Shown: in pieces, positions 18,166-27,719 of the stretch
Layout of the letters: every line of letters begins with the position of its first letter
Position numbering within the stretch: the first letter of the stretch is position 1
Assembly (NCBI GenBank): GCA_963730185.1
Contig: CAVSQW010000012.1
Span: 32,001 to 96,000 of the forward strand
DNA length: 64,000 bases
Reading direction: 5' to 3'
Origin: an uncultured Gemmatimonadales bacterium
Lineage (GTDB): Bacteria; Gemmatimonadota; Gemmatimonadetes; Gemmatimonadales; GWC2-71-9
Notes under the pieces: model-generated
Seen by the model: only the letters and a program-made list of their open reading frames with translations
What the model was told of the DNA's origin: nothing
Databases searched by the model: none
Made by a program: the position numbers and the translations under genes

Positions 18166-20292
18166 TCAGAAGGCGAGTATCGACTCCATGGCGGCCCGGA
18201 TGCCGGGCACCTGGGGCAGGATCACGTCCTCCAGCTCCGGCGCGTAGGCGACGAAGGTGTCGGTCGAGGCCAGCCGCCGAACCGGGGCATCCAGCCAGGG
18301 GAACATCTCGTCGGCCATCCGGGCGGCGATCTCGGCGCCGTAGCCCCAGGAGAGGGAGTCTTCGTAGACCACCATGACCCGGTTGGTCTTGCGGACCGAG
18401 ACCTCGATGGTTTCCCAATCCACGGGCGACAGGGTCCGGAGATCGATCACCTCGACGCTCCGACCGCTCTGCTCCTCCACCTGCTTGGCGGCCACCAACG
18501 ATCGCTGCACCGTCGCACCGTACGTGACGACGGTGAGGTCACTCCCCTCGCGGACCACCTTGGCCTTGCCGAAGGGGATCATGAAGTTGGGGCCGGGATA
18601 GGGCGCCTTGTTGTAGGTCTGGCGGTAGAGGTGCTTGTGCTCGAGGAAGAGGACCGGGTCCTCGCAGCGGATCGCGGTCCGGAGCAGGCCGTTGGCGTCC
18701 AGCGCGGTGGCGGGACACACCACCCGGAGGCCCGGCACCGAGGTGAAGACCACGGCGCCAGTCTGCGAGTGGTACGGCGCCCCGCCCTTGAGGTAGCCAC
18801 CGTAGGTCACCCGGACGACCGCGGGAGAGCTCCAGGCGTTGTTGGAGCGCCAGCGCATGGTCGCGAGCTCGTTCCGGAGCTGCATGTAGGCGGGCCAGAT
18901 GTAGTCGAAGAACTGGATCTCCACCACCGGCTTGAGGCCGCGGGTCGCGAGGCCGATGGCCCGCCCGACGATGTTGGCCTCGGCCAGCGGCGAGTTGTAG
19001 ACGCGGTTGGAGCCGAACGCCTTCTGGAGGCCCCAGGTCACCTTGAAGACGCCACCCTTGCCCTTGACCTGATCGAGATAGGTCTCGCGACTCACGTCGG
19101 CGACATCCTCGCCGAAGACCACGATCCGGGGATCGCGGTTCATCTCGTCCTTCATGCAGGTATTGAGCAGGTCCACCATGGTGGTGGGATCACCGCTGAA
19201 CTGGGGATCGTCTTCGGTGTCGAACTGCTCGGAAGTCGGGTCGACGTCGGGAGAGAAGACGTAGCGGTACACCGTATCGGCGCCGGGCTGCGGCGAGGCG
19301 AGGGCGGTCTCCGTCGCGACCTCGACCTCGTCCTCGACCTGCTGCTTGATCAGCTCGATCTCCGCGTCGGTCGCGATCCCCTGCTCCACCAGATAGGCAG
19401 GGAAGCTGGTGACCGGATCGCGGCGGGCCTCGTCCTCTCGCTCGGTGGGCGGCTTGTAGTTGCTCTCCTCGTCCGACAGCGAGTGGCTGTAGGGGCGAGT
19501 GACATGGGCGTGGACCAAGGCCGGCCCCTTCCGCTGGCGGGCGTAGTCCGCGGCCTTGAGGAGCACGTCGTACGAGGCCAGTGGGTCGCACCCATCGACC
19601 TCCTGCACGAAGAGATCGGGAAACCCGGCGACGAGCTTCGAGATCGAACCGCCCGCGGTGTTCACCTCGACCGGGACCGAGATTGCGTAGCCGTTGTCCT
19701 CGACCAGATAGACCATCGGGAGCTTGAGATTACAGGCCGAGTTGAGGGACTCCCAGAACTCACCCTCGCTGGTGGTCCCGTCGCCGGTGGTGACCAGGGT
19801 CACCTCGTCGCTCGCGATCAACTGGTCCCGCTCCGGGAAGCTCTCGGCCTGGCTCACGCGGAGCCAGGCTTCGGCCGCGCCGACGGCCTGAAGGAACTGG
19901 GTCCCGGTCGGGCTCGAGACGCTCACGATGTTGAGATCCTTGTGCCCCCAGTGCGACGGCATCTGCCGGCCGCCGGAGTTGGGATCGTCGGCGGCGCCCA
20001 CGGCCGAGAGGAGCATCTCGCTGGCGGTCATGCCCAGGCCCAGACAGAGGGCCCGGTCGCGGTAGTAGAGATAGAACCAGTCGTGGCCCGGCCGGAACAC
20101 CTTCGCCGCCGCGGCGAGCACGCCCTCGTGGCCGGCGCCGGAGATCTGGAAGAAGATCTTGTTCTGTCGCTTGAGCTGGATCTCCTTGTCGTCGAGCCGC
20201 CGGGACAGGAGCATGGTGCGGTAGAGGTCGAGCAGATCGTTCTTGTCGAGCTTGGCGGAGGCGCGGGCGCGGGACGGGCTGCGAGTAGCCAT
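18166..20292 (-). CDS. Fused 2-oxoacid dehydrogenase E1 alpha/beta (branched-chain type)
   Basis: [20 protein letters not shown] motif [35 protein letters not shown] and HSQ. Confidence 0.95.
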   Translation of the reverse strand: MATRSPSRARASAKLDKNDLLDLYRTMLLSRRLDDKEIQLKRQNKIFFQISGAGHEGVLAAAAKVFRPGHDWFYLYYRDRALCLGLGMTASEMLLSAVGAADDPNSGGRQMPSHWGHKDLNIVSVSSPTGTQFLQAVGAAEAWLRVSQAESFPERDQLIASDEVTLVTTGDGTTSEGEFWESLNSACNLKLPMVYLVEDNGYAISVPVEVNTAGGSISKLVAGFPDLFVQEVDGCDPLASYDVLLKAADYARQRKGPALVHAHVTRPYSHSLSDEESNYKPPTEREDEARRDPVTSFPAYLVEQGIATDAEIELIKQQVEDEVEVATETALASPQPGADTVYRYVFSPDVDPTSEQFDTEDDPQFSGDPTTMVDLLNTCMKDEMNRDPRIVVFGEDVADVSRETYLDQVKGKGGVFKVTWGLQKAFGSNRVYNSPLAEANIVGRAIGLATRGLKPVVEIQFFDYIWPAYMQLRNELATMRWRSNNAWSSPAVVRVTYGGYLKGGAPYHSQTGAVVFTSVPGLRVVCPATALDANGLLRTAIRCEDPVLFLEHKHLYRQTYNKAPYPGPNFMIPFGKAKVVREGSDLTVVTYGATVQRSLVAAKQVEEQSGRSVEVIDLRTLSPVDWETIEVSVRKTNRVMVVYEDSLSWGYGAEIAARMADEMFPWLDAPVRRLASTDTFVAYAPELEDVILPQVPGIRAAMESILAF

Positions 20293-20382
20293 GAGCGTCT
20301 TCGGGTTGGAGAGGGACTGATGCCCCGGCCGCGACCCACTCCTACCGAACGGTCACCACACCGGGCTTGACGTCCGAATTTA

Positions 20383-20410
20383 GCCGGTCGCTTGGGCGCC
20401 CGCGACCGGC
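20383..20410 (-). terminator. Hairpin downstream of the TetR gene
   Basis: GCCGGTCGC-N10-GCGACCGGC followed by TAAATT on the minus strand. Confidence 0.45.
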
Positions 20411-20432
20411 CGAGGCCTGCAGCGACTTGCAG

Positions 20433-21068
20433 TCACGGCGCCAGCGGGCCGAAGAGCTCAGTCGCCAACATCGCGGCGATCCGCTCCTCGAACCGATCCC
20501 GACTCCACCCCCGCTCGGTGACCAGCAACCGGAACACGTCCGGGCCACTCAAGGCCCAGATCAGGTCCGTGGCCGCCTGGGCGGAGAGACCGGGCGCCAG
20601 CACGCCGGCGGCCTCCCACTCGGCAACGAGACCGGCCGCCGCCCGGTGACGCCGCGACTCGCCCTCGTTCCACATCACCGCGAGATCGGGCTCGACTCCC
20701 GACACCGTCCGCGCGATCTGGATCAGATCCGCCCCGGCGGCATAGAACCGAGCGGTAAAGGCCAATCGCTCCCGGAGTTGGCGGAGAGGATCGCCAGTCG
20801 CGGCCTCGAGGGCAGCCTGCATCCCCGCCAGATCGGCATCGGCCGCCATCTCGTCCAGGAGCGCCAGCAAGATCCCCTTCTTCGAGCCGAGCGACGCGTA
20901 CACCGTCTGGACGGCGACGCCGGCTTCCTCAGCGATGCACTCCATGGTCGCCCCGCCGTAGCCGCGGGACACGAACAGGTGCCTGGCGCCGGCCAGGATC
21001 TTCCGGCGGGTCTCCTCCGCCTGCTCGCGGCGGCGGGGGGAGCGATAGGGGCGCTTGACGTTACCCAT
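20433..21068 (-). CDS. TetR/AcrR-family regulator
   Basis: ETRRKILAGARHLF..GY..ATME.IAEEAGVAVQTVY...SK. Confidence 0.93.
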   Translation of the reverse strand: MGNVKRPYRSPRRREQAEETRRKILAGARHLFVSRGYGGATMECIAEEAGVAVQTVYASLGSKKGILLALLDEMAADADLAGMQAALEAATGDPLRQLRERLAFTARFYAAGADLIQIARTVSGVEPDLAVMWNEGESRRHRAAAGLVAEWEAAGVLAPGLSAQAATDLIWALSGPDVFRLLVTERGWSRDRFEERIAAMLATELFGPLAP

Positions 21069-21111
21069 TTAACTAATGTATACTCTAATCAATTGAATAC
21101 CATCTATTTAA
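21055..21111 (+). promoter_or_regulatory. sigma70-like promoter plus TetR-type operator in an AT-rich divergent region
   Basis: TTGACG (21055-21060)-N18-TATACT (21079-21084); imperfect palindrome TTGAATA-ccatc-TATTTAA (21093-21111). Confidence 0.6.
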
Positions 21112-21150
21112 CCGTATGACGTTCCGGCCCTGACTCCGAGAGCCCGACCC

Positions 21151-21729
21151 ATGGACGCATACTCCATCGCCCTCTTCATCCACATCCTGTCGCTCCTGGC
21201 CGCCACCGTCGCGATGTCCCTGGCCACGCTGGCGGGCGTTCGCCTCCGACGGGCCCGGACCACCACCGACGCGACCGCCTGGCTCGCCCTGACGGGGCAA
21301 GTCGTTCCGGTCTTCCCCATCGCCAGCCTGGGCCTCTTGGCCAGCGGCGTCTACATGACCAAAGCGCGCTGGACCTGGTCGACGCCCTGGATCGACGCCG
21401 CGCTGGTCGGCCTGGCCCTAATCGTCGCCCTCGGCACCGGGATCGAGGGGAGCCGAGGGCGGGCCCTGGCGCGAGAGCTCGAGTCGGCCGGCATGTCGCG
21501 TCGAGCGCGGCGAATGCTGAGCGACCCCCTGGCCTGGAGCGCCAAGCTCACCACCCTCACCCTGCTCGTCGCCGTGGTGTTCGTCATGACGCTCAAGCCG
21601 GCGGCGATCGGTTGCGTCGTCGCGGTCTCGACCGCGGTCATCGCCGGGATCGTCAGCCTGGTTGCGACCCGGCGCTCGCCGGGTCGGGACGAGCGGCCGG
21701 CCGAATCTCCGGAGCCGGTGTCGTCCTGA
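21151..21729 (+). CDS. Integral membrane protein (DUF2269-like)
   Basis: ALFIHIL in the first helix, several TM segments, 'PWI', C-terminal VFVMTLKP. Confidence 0.7.
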   Translation: MDAYSIALFIHILSLLAATVAMSLATLAGVRLRRARTTTDATAWLALTGQVVPVFPIASLGLLASGVYMTKARWTWSTPWIDAALVGLALIVALGTGIEGSRGRALARELESAGMSRRARRMLSDPLAWSAKLTTLTLLVAVVFVMTLKPAAIGCVVAVSTAVIAGIVSLVATRRSPGRDERPAESPEPVSS

Positions 21730-21758
21730 GCGACCACCACGCCGCCACGGAAACCGCC

Positions 21759-22763
21759 ATGAAAAACGTCCTCAAGATCCTCGCGGGTCTCGCGCTCGCG
21801 CTGGCGGTCGTCGCCCTCGGCGGCTATGCCTGGGCGACCCACCGCGATGCGTCACTCCTGACCCGGAGGGTGGCGAGCCACCGGGTCGACTTCCCGATTC
21901 CCTTCCCGCTCACCCCCGACGAGGTCGACTCGCTCCGGCGGGCCCGGCAGGCGGCCGGGATACGCGGCGATCCGCTCGTGGGCCTGGACCTGGACAGCAT
22001 CGCGCGAGCCCGGGCGGCTTCGCGGGGCGCGCACCTGGTCCACTCGCGCTACGGGTGCGTGGAGTGCCACGGTCAGAATTTCGGCGGTGGGGTGATGGTG
22101 GACAACCCGCTGATCGGCCGCCTGCTCGGTCCGAACATCACCGCCGGCCGGGGCGGGCGAACCAGGGACTTCACCCCGTCCGACTGGGACCGGATCGTCC
22201 GCCACGGCGTCAAGCAGGACGGCCTGCCGGGGGTCATGCCGTCGGCGGACTTCGCGAGAATGTCGGACGAGGAGCTGTCGGACATCGTTTCCTACGTCCG
22301 GTCGCTGCCCACCGTCGACCGGACGGTGGCGCCGCCGCGCCTCGGTCCGTTGGGGAGGGTGCTGCTGGCGACGGGCAGGATGACGCTTTCGGTCGACCTG
22401 ATTCCCGATCACTTCGCGGCCCACGCCACGTATCCGCCGCCGTCCGACACCACGACCGCCTTCGGCGCCCACCTGGCCACGGTGTGCCAAGGGTGTCACG
22501 GCGCCAACCTGGCTGGGGGGCCGATTCAGGGCGGCGATCCGAGCTGGCCGGCGGCGATGAACCTGACCCCCGACGCCGACGGGCTGGCGGGCTGGACGTA
22601 TCCGCAGTTCGTCGCCGTGCTCCACACGGGCCTGCGTCCTGACGGGACCCCGCTCCGCCGACCGATGGCCGGGATCATCTCGTACACCAAGCGGATGACG
22701 GACGTGGAGCTCAAAGCCCTCTGGGCCTACCTGTCCAGGCTTCCGGCCGTCCCCTCGAAGTAG
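21759..22763 (+). CDS. Membrane-anchored di-heme cytochrome c
   Basis: N-terminal TM helix; CVECH and CQGCH heme motifs; PNIT/NLTP and distal Met motifs (VMPS, RPM). Confidence 0.92.
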   Translation: MKNVLKILAGLALALAVVALGGYAWATHRDASLLTRRVASHRVDFPIPFPLTPDEVDSLRRARQAAGIRGDPLVGLDLDSIARARAASRGAHLVHSRYGCVECHGQNFGGGVMVDNPLIGRLLGPNITAGRGGRTRDFTPSDWDRIVRHGVKQDGLPGVMPSADFARMSDEELSDIVSYVRSLPTVDRTVAPPRLGPLGRVLLATGRMTLSVDLIPDHFAAHATYPPPSDTTTAFGAHLATVCQGCHGANLAGGPIQGGDPSWPAAMNLTPDADGLAGWTYPQFVAVLHTGLRPDGTPLRRPMAGIISYTKRMTDVELKALWAYLSRLPAVPSK

Positions 22764-22773
22764 GGGGACCCGG

Positions 22774-23391
22774 TCAGGTCCATCGCGCCCGCCTGGCGAC
22801 GAGGGCCACGGCGACCGCCGCCAACCCGAGCTCGGCGTACAGGGCGACCGCGCCGACGATCCGAGCCGGCCCGGCGACGACCAACACGGCCGTCCCCGCT
22901 CCGAGTCCCACCACGAAGCCGAAGCCGAGGCCGGCCAGGAGGCCGAGGGCGGGCCGCCGCCGGCCGGTAAGGGCTGCGGCCAGGGCGCCAAGGAGCATGG
23001 CCACCGGCAACAGCGGGGCGACCCGGGCAAAGTCGGCGAGTCGCATGATCAACGCGATCGGCGGCAGACCGGGCGCCTCGGCCAACCGGGCGCGGACGAC
23101 GGCATGGAGGTACACCGCGCCGACCATTCCCGCCAGGGCGAGCAGGGCGCCGGTGGCGGCCAGCGCCGGCCGCCGGGCAAGATCCTCCGATCGCCGGACC
23201 AGGAGCCAGCCGGCGGCCGCGCCGAGCACCAGCAGGAGCGGCGCCTCGAAGAGCGCGGTGACGAGCAGATTGGCGGCGGCGCTGGTCTCGCCGGGGGCGA
23301 CCGGGGTGCGACTGGCGACCCAGGCGATCGAGATCGGGAGAGCCGCGGCCAGCGCGGCCACGGCCACCACGGTGCCGGAACGGGCCCTCAC
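22774..23391 (-). CDS. Hypothetical multi-pass membrane protein
   Basis: Fills the gap downstream of the amidohydrolase; about six hydrophobic segments. Confidence 0.55.
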   Translation of the reverse strand: MRARSGTVVAVAALAAALPISIAWVASRTPVAPGETSAAANLLVTALFEAPLLLVLGAAAGWLLVRRSEDLARRPALAATGALLALAGMVGAVYLHAVVRARLAEAPGLPPIALIMRLADFARVAPLLPVAMLLGALAAALTGRRRPALGLLAGLGFGFVVGLGAGTAVLVVAGPARIVGAVALYAELGLAAVAVALVARRARWT

Positions 23392-23397
23392 GTCGGG

Positions 23398-25053
23398 CTA
23401 TGGCCGCCGGTAGACGGCCCGTCCACCGACCATGGTGAGCAGGACTTGGGTGCTCGCGATGGTTTCCGGGGGAACGGTCCGGAGGTCTCGATCGAGGAGC
23501 ACCAGGTCGGCGGCCCGCCCGGGGGCGAGGCGCCCGATCGAGTCATCCATGAACATCGCGTAGGCGTTGGAGGCGGTGTAGGCTCGGAGCGCCTCGTCGA
23601 CCGTGATCTTCTGCTCCGGCACCCAACCGCCGGGGTTCTTGCCATCGATGGTCCGGCGGGTGACGGCGGCCTCGATCCCGAGCAGGGGATCGAGCGGCGC
23701 CACGGTCCAGTCGGACCCGAACACGAGCCTGGCCTTGGCGTCGAGGAGGGACCGGAAGGCGTAAGTCGTCTTGATCCGCTCGGGCCCGATTCGTTTCTCG
23801 GCCCAGCGCCCGTCGTCGGCGGCGTGGTAGGGCTGCATCGAGGGGATCACGCCCAAGGCCGCGAAGCGGGGAATGTCGCTCGGGCGGAGGTGCTGGGCGT
23901 GCTCGATCCGGAAGCGGCGATCGCGAGCGCCGTGGGCGCTGAAGACGCTGTCGTAGAGGTCGAGCAGGATGGCGTTGGCGCGGTCACCGATGGCGTGGAC
24001 CACCACCTGGAGCCCGGCCGAGTCGGCGGCGCCGATCCAGGCGCGGAGGGAGTCCTCTGGGGTGACGAAGATGCCGCGGCTCTCGGGGTGGTCGGTGAAG
24101 GGCGCCTCGAAAAGGGCGGTCGTCGAGCCGAGCGATCCGTCGACGAACCCTTTGACCCCGGCTACCCGGATCCAGTCGTCGCCGGGGCCGTCGGCCCGGA
24201 GCGACTCCGCCGCGGCCCGCCAATCGGCAATCGGCGGATAGTTCGAGGTTCGAAGGGTGAGCTCCCCCCGGGCTCGGGCGCGCCGGAGGCTCGCGATCTC
24301 GGCCCAGGAGGTGCTGACGCTGGCCACGCCAGTGACGCCGTGTGCGGCGGCGTGGCGCATGGCCCGGGCGAGGGCGGAGTCGCGGCGGGCGGCCGAGGGC
24401 TCGGGAATGACCGCGTACACGGGGTCCATCGCGCCGTCCTTGAGGACCCCGCTCAGGTCGCCATCGGGACGGCGCACGATCTCGCCGCCCGCGATCGGAC
24501 CGGTGGACCGGTCGAGCCCGGCGGCCCGGAGCGCGGCGCTGTTGGCGAGAGCCATGTGGCCGTCGAGCCGATTGACGAAGACCGGGTTGTTCGGGGTGAC
24601 CGCGTCGATCCAGCGGCGGTCGGGCAGCTCAGCCCCGGGCATCAACTCGTGGTCCCAGTCACCGCCGAGAATCCACTCACCGGGGGCGAGAGTGCGGGCG
24701 AAGGCGGCGATCCGGCGGGTGAACTCGGCCGGCGTCGCGGCATCGCGCAGATCCACGCTGGCCAGCTGGAAGCCGCCGGCAAAGAGGTGGACGTGGTCGT
24801 CGATGAAGCCGGGAACCACGAGGCCGGTCGGGCGGTCGATCCGCTCGGTGCCAGGGCCGATCAGGGCAGCCACGGACGCGCTGTCGCCGACCGCGACCAC
24901 GGTCCCGCCCCGGAGGGCGACGGCCGAGGCGGTCGGGACGGCGGAATCGCCGGTCCAGACGGGGGCGAAGATCACGAGATCGGCCGGGGCGGCGCGGCCG
25001 CAGGCGGCGATTCCCGTGACCAGGGAGAGGCCGAGGCGAAGCGAGCGGATCAT
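23398..25053 (-). CDS. Amidohydrolase 3 (YtcJ-like), lipoprotein-like N-terminus
   Basis: PGFIDDHVH, KGFVDGSLGS, HAIGDRA, RIEHAQH and FGSDW. Confidence 0.93.
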   Translation of the reverse strand: MIRSLRLGLSLVTGIAACGRAAPADLVIFAPVWTGDSAVPTASAVALRGGTVVAVGDSASVAALIGPGTERIDRPTGLVVPGFIDDHVHLFAGGFQLASVDLRDAATPAEFTRRIAAFARTLAPGEWILGGDWDHELMPGAELPDRRWIDAVTPNNPVFVNRLDGHMALANSAALRAAGLDRSTGPIAGGEIVRRPDGDLSGVLKDGAMDPVYAVIPEPSAARRDSALARAMRHAAAHGVTGVASVSTSWAEIASLRRARARGELTLRTSNYPPIADWRAAAESLRADGPGDDWIRVAGVKGFVDGSLGSTTALFEAPFTDHPESRGIFVTPEDSLRAWIGAADSAGLQVVVHAIGDRANAILLDLYDSVFSAHGARDRRFRIEHAQHLRPSDIPRFAALGVIPSMQPYHAADDGRWAEKRIGPERIKTTYAFRSLLDAKARLVFGSDWTVAPLDPLLGIEAAVTRRTIDGKNPGGWVPEQKITVDEALRAYTASNAYAMFMDDSIGRLAPGRAADLVLLDRDLRTVPPETIASTQVLLTMVGGRAVYRRP

Positions 25054-25060
25054 GGGAGCC

Positions 25061-25309
25061 TCACCGGAGCCGGGTCAGGCGGCGGAGCGCCTCGAGCTTT
25101 TCCAGCGCGCTGGACCCGGTCTGGCTGGCGGCCGGCGCGACGGAGAAGAGATCGCGAACGTCGAGCAGGATCTCGAGCATGAGCTGGTCGCGGACGTAGG
25201 CGCAATCGAGGTCGGCCATCCGATTGGGGTCCTCGGTGGTCCTGGCGCGGTCGTACGATTCGCGGTAGATCGACTCGAGGTTGGAAAGAATCTGATCTCT
25301 ATGGCGCAT
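25061..25309 (-). CDS. Small helical hypothetical protein (82 aa)
   Basis: Coding-like composition, amphipathic helices (LMLEILLDVRDL); stop 7 nt before the amidohydrolase start. Confidence 0.7.
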   Translation of the reverse strand: MRHRDQILSNLESIYRESYDRARTTEDPNRMADLDCAYVRDQLMLEILLDVRDLFSVAPAASQTGSSALEKLEALRRLTRLR

Positions 25310-25519
25310 GGGCGTGGGCCGCGGGCGAAAGCCGGAAATGGAAGACGGGTGCGCAACCTCGAGCCGGCGACCGGTCGGGCGCGGGGGAAAGCTAAGCCCG
25401 GGCGCGATTCGCCGCCTCCCCTTGCCCCACGCCCAGTCGACGGCGCACGTTACTCGAAGGTCGGGCCGGTCGATGTCACGACCGGCCCGGCGCTTGGTTC
25501 ACCCCAGCCGAGCTATGCC

Positions 25520-26038
25520 ATGTCACTCTCCGGCAAGTCGATCCTGATATTCGCGGCCAACTGGTACGAGGACCTGGAGCTCTGGTATCCGAAGATCCGC
25601 CTGGAGGAGGAGGGCGCATCGACGGTGGTGGCCGGCCTGGGGGACGCCTCGTACCAGGGTAAGCGCGGCTACCCGCTGACGCCGGACACGTCGGTCGACC
25701 AGGTTCGGGCCGACGACTTCGACGGGCTGGTGATCCCAGGCGGCTACGCCCCGGATATCCTCCGGCGATCGGCGAAGGTGCTCGAGCTGACGCGGCAGAT
25801 CTACCAAGCGGGCAAGCCGGTGGCCTTCATCTGCCACGCCGGCTGGGTCCCGATCTCGGCCGGGATCGTCCGAGGCAAGCGCGGCACCAGCGTCGGCGCA
25901 ATCCGAGACGACCTGGTGAACGCCGGGATGATCTGGGAAGACAGTCCGGTGGTGGTCGACGGGAACTTGATTTCGTCGCGGACCCCGGCCGATCTGCCCC
26001 AGTTCTGCCGGGCCCTGATCACGGCCTTGAACGGCTGA
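25520..26038 (+). CDS. PfpI/DJ-1 family (type 1 glutamine amidotransferase-like) protein
   Basis: YEDLELWYP, DGLVIPGGYAPD, nucleophile ICHA, VVVDGNLISSRTPADL. Confidence 0.95.
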   Translation: MSLSGKSILIFAANWYEDLELWYPKIRLEEEGASTVVAGLGDASYQGKRGYPLTPDTSVDQVRADDFDGLVIPGGYAPDILRRSAKVLELTRQIYQAGKPVAFICHAGWVPISAGIVRGKRGTSVGAIRDDLVNAGMIWEDSPVVVDGNLISSRTPADLPQFCRALITALNG

Positions 26039-26086
26039 CCCCCGGCCCGACCACCCTCGGGCCACCCTTACACGGAGCCAGGATCC

Positions 26087-27316
26087 ATGACCATCGCTCG
26101 GGCCGTGGGACTCGTGTTGCTGCTTCCCGGTCTCGTCACGGCCCAAGCCCGGTCGCGGGGACGAGAGCTGGGTATTCCGTTCGAGGGGCGAACCGGCCCC
26201 GACAACGCCATCACGGACGTAGCCGGCGTGGCGGTCGGGCACCGGACCCTGATCAGCGGCGAGGGCAAGCTGGTCCCGGGTCAGGGTCCGATCCGGACCG
26301 GGGTGACCGCGATCCTGACCCGGCCCCGCGGCGACTGGGACCCGGTGTTCGCGGCGACATTCAACCAGAACGGCAACGGCGACATGACCGGGACCAACTG
26401 GGTCAAGGAGTCGGGCTTCCTGGAGGGACCGATCCTGATCACCGGGACACACAGCGTCGGGACGGTCCGCGACGCGGCGATCCAGTGGGAGATCCAGGCC
26501 GGCCGCGAGTTCATCTTCACCTATCCCCTGGTCGCGGAGACCTTCGACCTGCTGAACGACGCCAACGGCCAGCACGTCAAGCCGGCGGACGCCTTCGCGG
26601 CGCTCGACGCGGCCCGGCCGGGACCGGTTCAGGAGGGTGCGGTCGGCGGCGGCACGGGGATGAGCTGCAACGGCTTCAAGGGCGGAATCGGGACCTCGTC
26701 CCGCGTCCTGGCCCCGGACCAGGGCGGATACACGCTGGGCGTACTGGTCCAGTGCAACTACGGCGGCGACCTCAGGATCCTGGGGGTTCCGGTGGGCCGC
26801 GAGATCACCGACCTCGGGCTCTGCACCGTTCTACCCCAACCGCTGGCCCGACCCTGGTCCCGCCGGATCCCGGCGTGCGCCAGCCCGGGCGGGGGCGCCG
26901 GCGAGGACGCCGGCTCGTCGATCGACGAGGGCCCGACCGGGCGCGGATCGATCATCGTGATCGTGGCGACCGACGCGCCCCTGCTCCCCCATCAGCTGGC
27001 GCGGATCGCGCGGCGGGTCGGGATGGGTCTCGGACGGCTGGGCAGCTGGGCCGGCAATTCGTCGGGCGACCTCTTCCTGGCGTTCTCGACCGCCAATCGA
27101 GGCGTGCCCGGCCCGAACGGCACGGCGCCGCTCACCATGCTGGCCAACGACCGGATGGATCCGCTCTTCCGGGCCACGATCGACGCGACCGAGGAAGCGG
27201 TGGTCAACGCCATGTTGGCGGCCACGACGATGATCGGCGCGGACGGGATCCGGGCCTCCGCGCTGCCGGGCGACCGGGTGATGGCGGCCCTCCGGAAATA
27301 CGGCCGGGTTCACTGA
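26087..27316 (+). CDS. DmpA / peptidase S58 (P1) aminopeptidase
   Basis: NAITDVAGVAVGH, GTGM..GFKGGIGTSSR, autocleavage site G|SIIV, SSGDLFLAFSTAN, TEEAVVNA. Confidence 0.93.
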   Translation: MTIARAVGLVLLLPGLVTAQARSRGRELGIPFEGRTGPDNAITDVAGVAVGHRTLISGEGKLVPGQGPIRTGVTAILTRPRGDWDPVFAATFNQNGNGDMTGTNWVKESGFLEGPILITGTHSVGTVRDAAIQWEIQAGREFIFTYPLVAETFDLLNDANGQHVKPADAFAALDAARPGPVQEGAVGGGTGMSCNGFKGGIGTSSRVLAPDQGGYTLGVLVQCNYGGDLRILGVPVGREITDLGLCTVLPQPLARPWSRRIPACASPGGGAGEDAGSSIDEGPTGRGSIIVIVATDAPLLPHQLARIARRVGMGLGRLGSWAGNSSGDLFLAFSTANRGVPGPNGTAPLTMLANDRMDPLFRATIDATEEAVVNAMLAATTMIGADGIRASALPGDRVMAALRKYGRVH

Positions 27317-27326
27317 GAGAGGCCCC

Positions 27327-27656
27327 ATGTCGCTCACGGAATGCCAGGGCCGGGTCGACGCCTGGATCTCGCGGTTCGAGGAAGGCTATTTCCACCCTCT
27401 CACCAACCTGGCCCGCCTCACCGAGGAGGTGGGCGAGCTGGCCCGGGAGGTGAACCACCGCTTCGGCCAGAAGACCAAGAAGAAGGAGGAGCCCGAAGGC
27501 GACCTCGCCATGGAGATGGCCGACATCCTCTTCGTCCTGATCTGCATGGCCAACCGCGAGGGCATCGACCTGCAGGAGGCGTTTGACCGAATGATGGAGA
27601 AGGTCGACCGGCGCGACACCAGCCGCTGGACCCTCAAGCCGGGCGAGACTGCTTGA
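27327..27656 (+). CDS. MazG-like nucleotide pyrophosphohydrolase (YpjD-like)
   Basis: GYF.PLTNLARLTEEVGELAREVNH, EMADILFVLICMAN, RD..RW. Confidence 0.93.
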   Translation: MSLTECQGRVDAWISRFEEGYFHPLTNLARLTEEVGELAREVNHRFGQKTKKKEEPEGDLAMEMADILFVLICMANREGIDLQEAFDRMMEKVDRRDTSRWTLKPGETA

Positions 27657-27719
27657 CGATCGAGCCGCGACCCGCCGGCCGGATTCGCGTCGCTGCTCGA
27701 GCGGTCCGCGCCCCGACGC

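Noticed and set aside
20342..20548. Short ORF ending [10 protein letters not shown] as a gene remnant upstream of E1
   Set aside because: It overlaps the TetR 3' end and its hairpin, and shows no recognisable homology.
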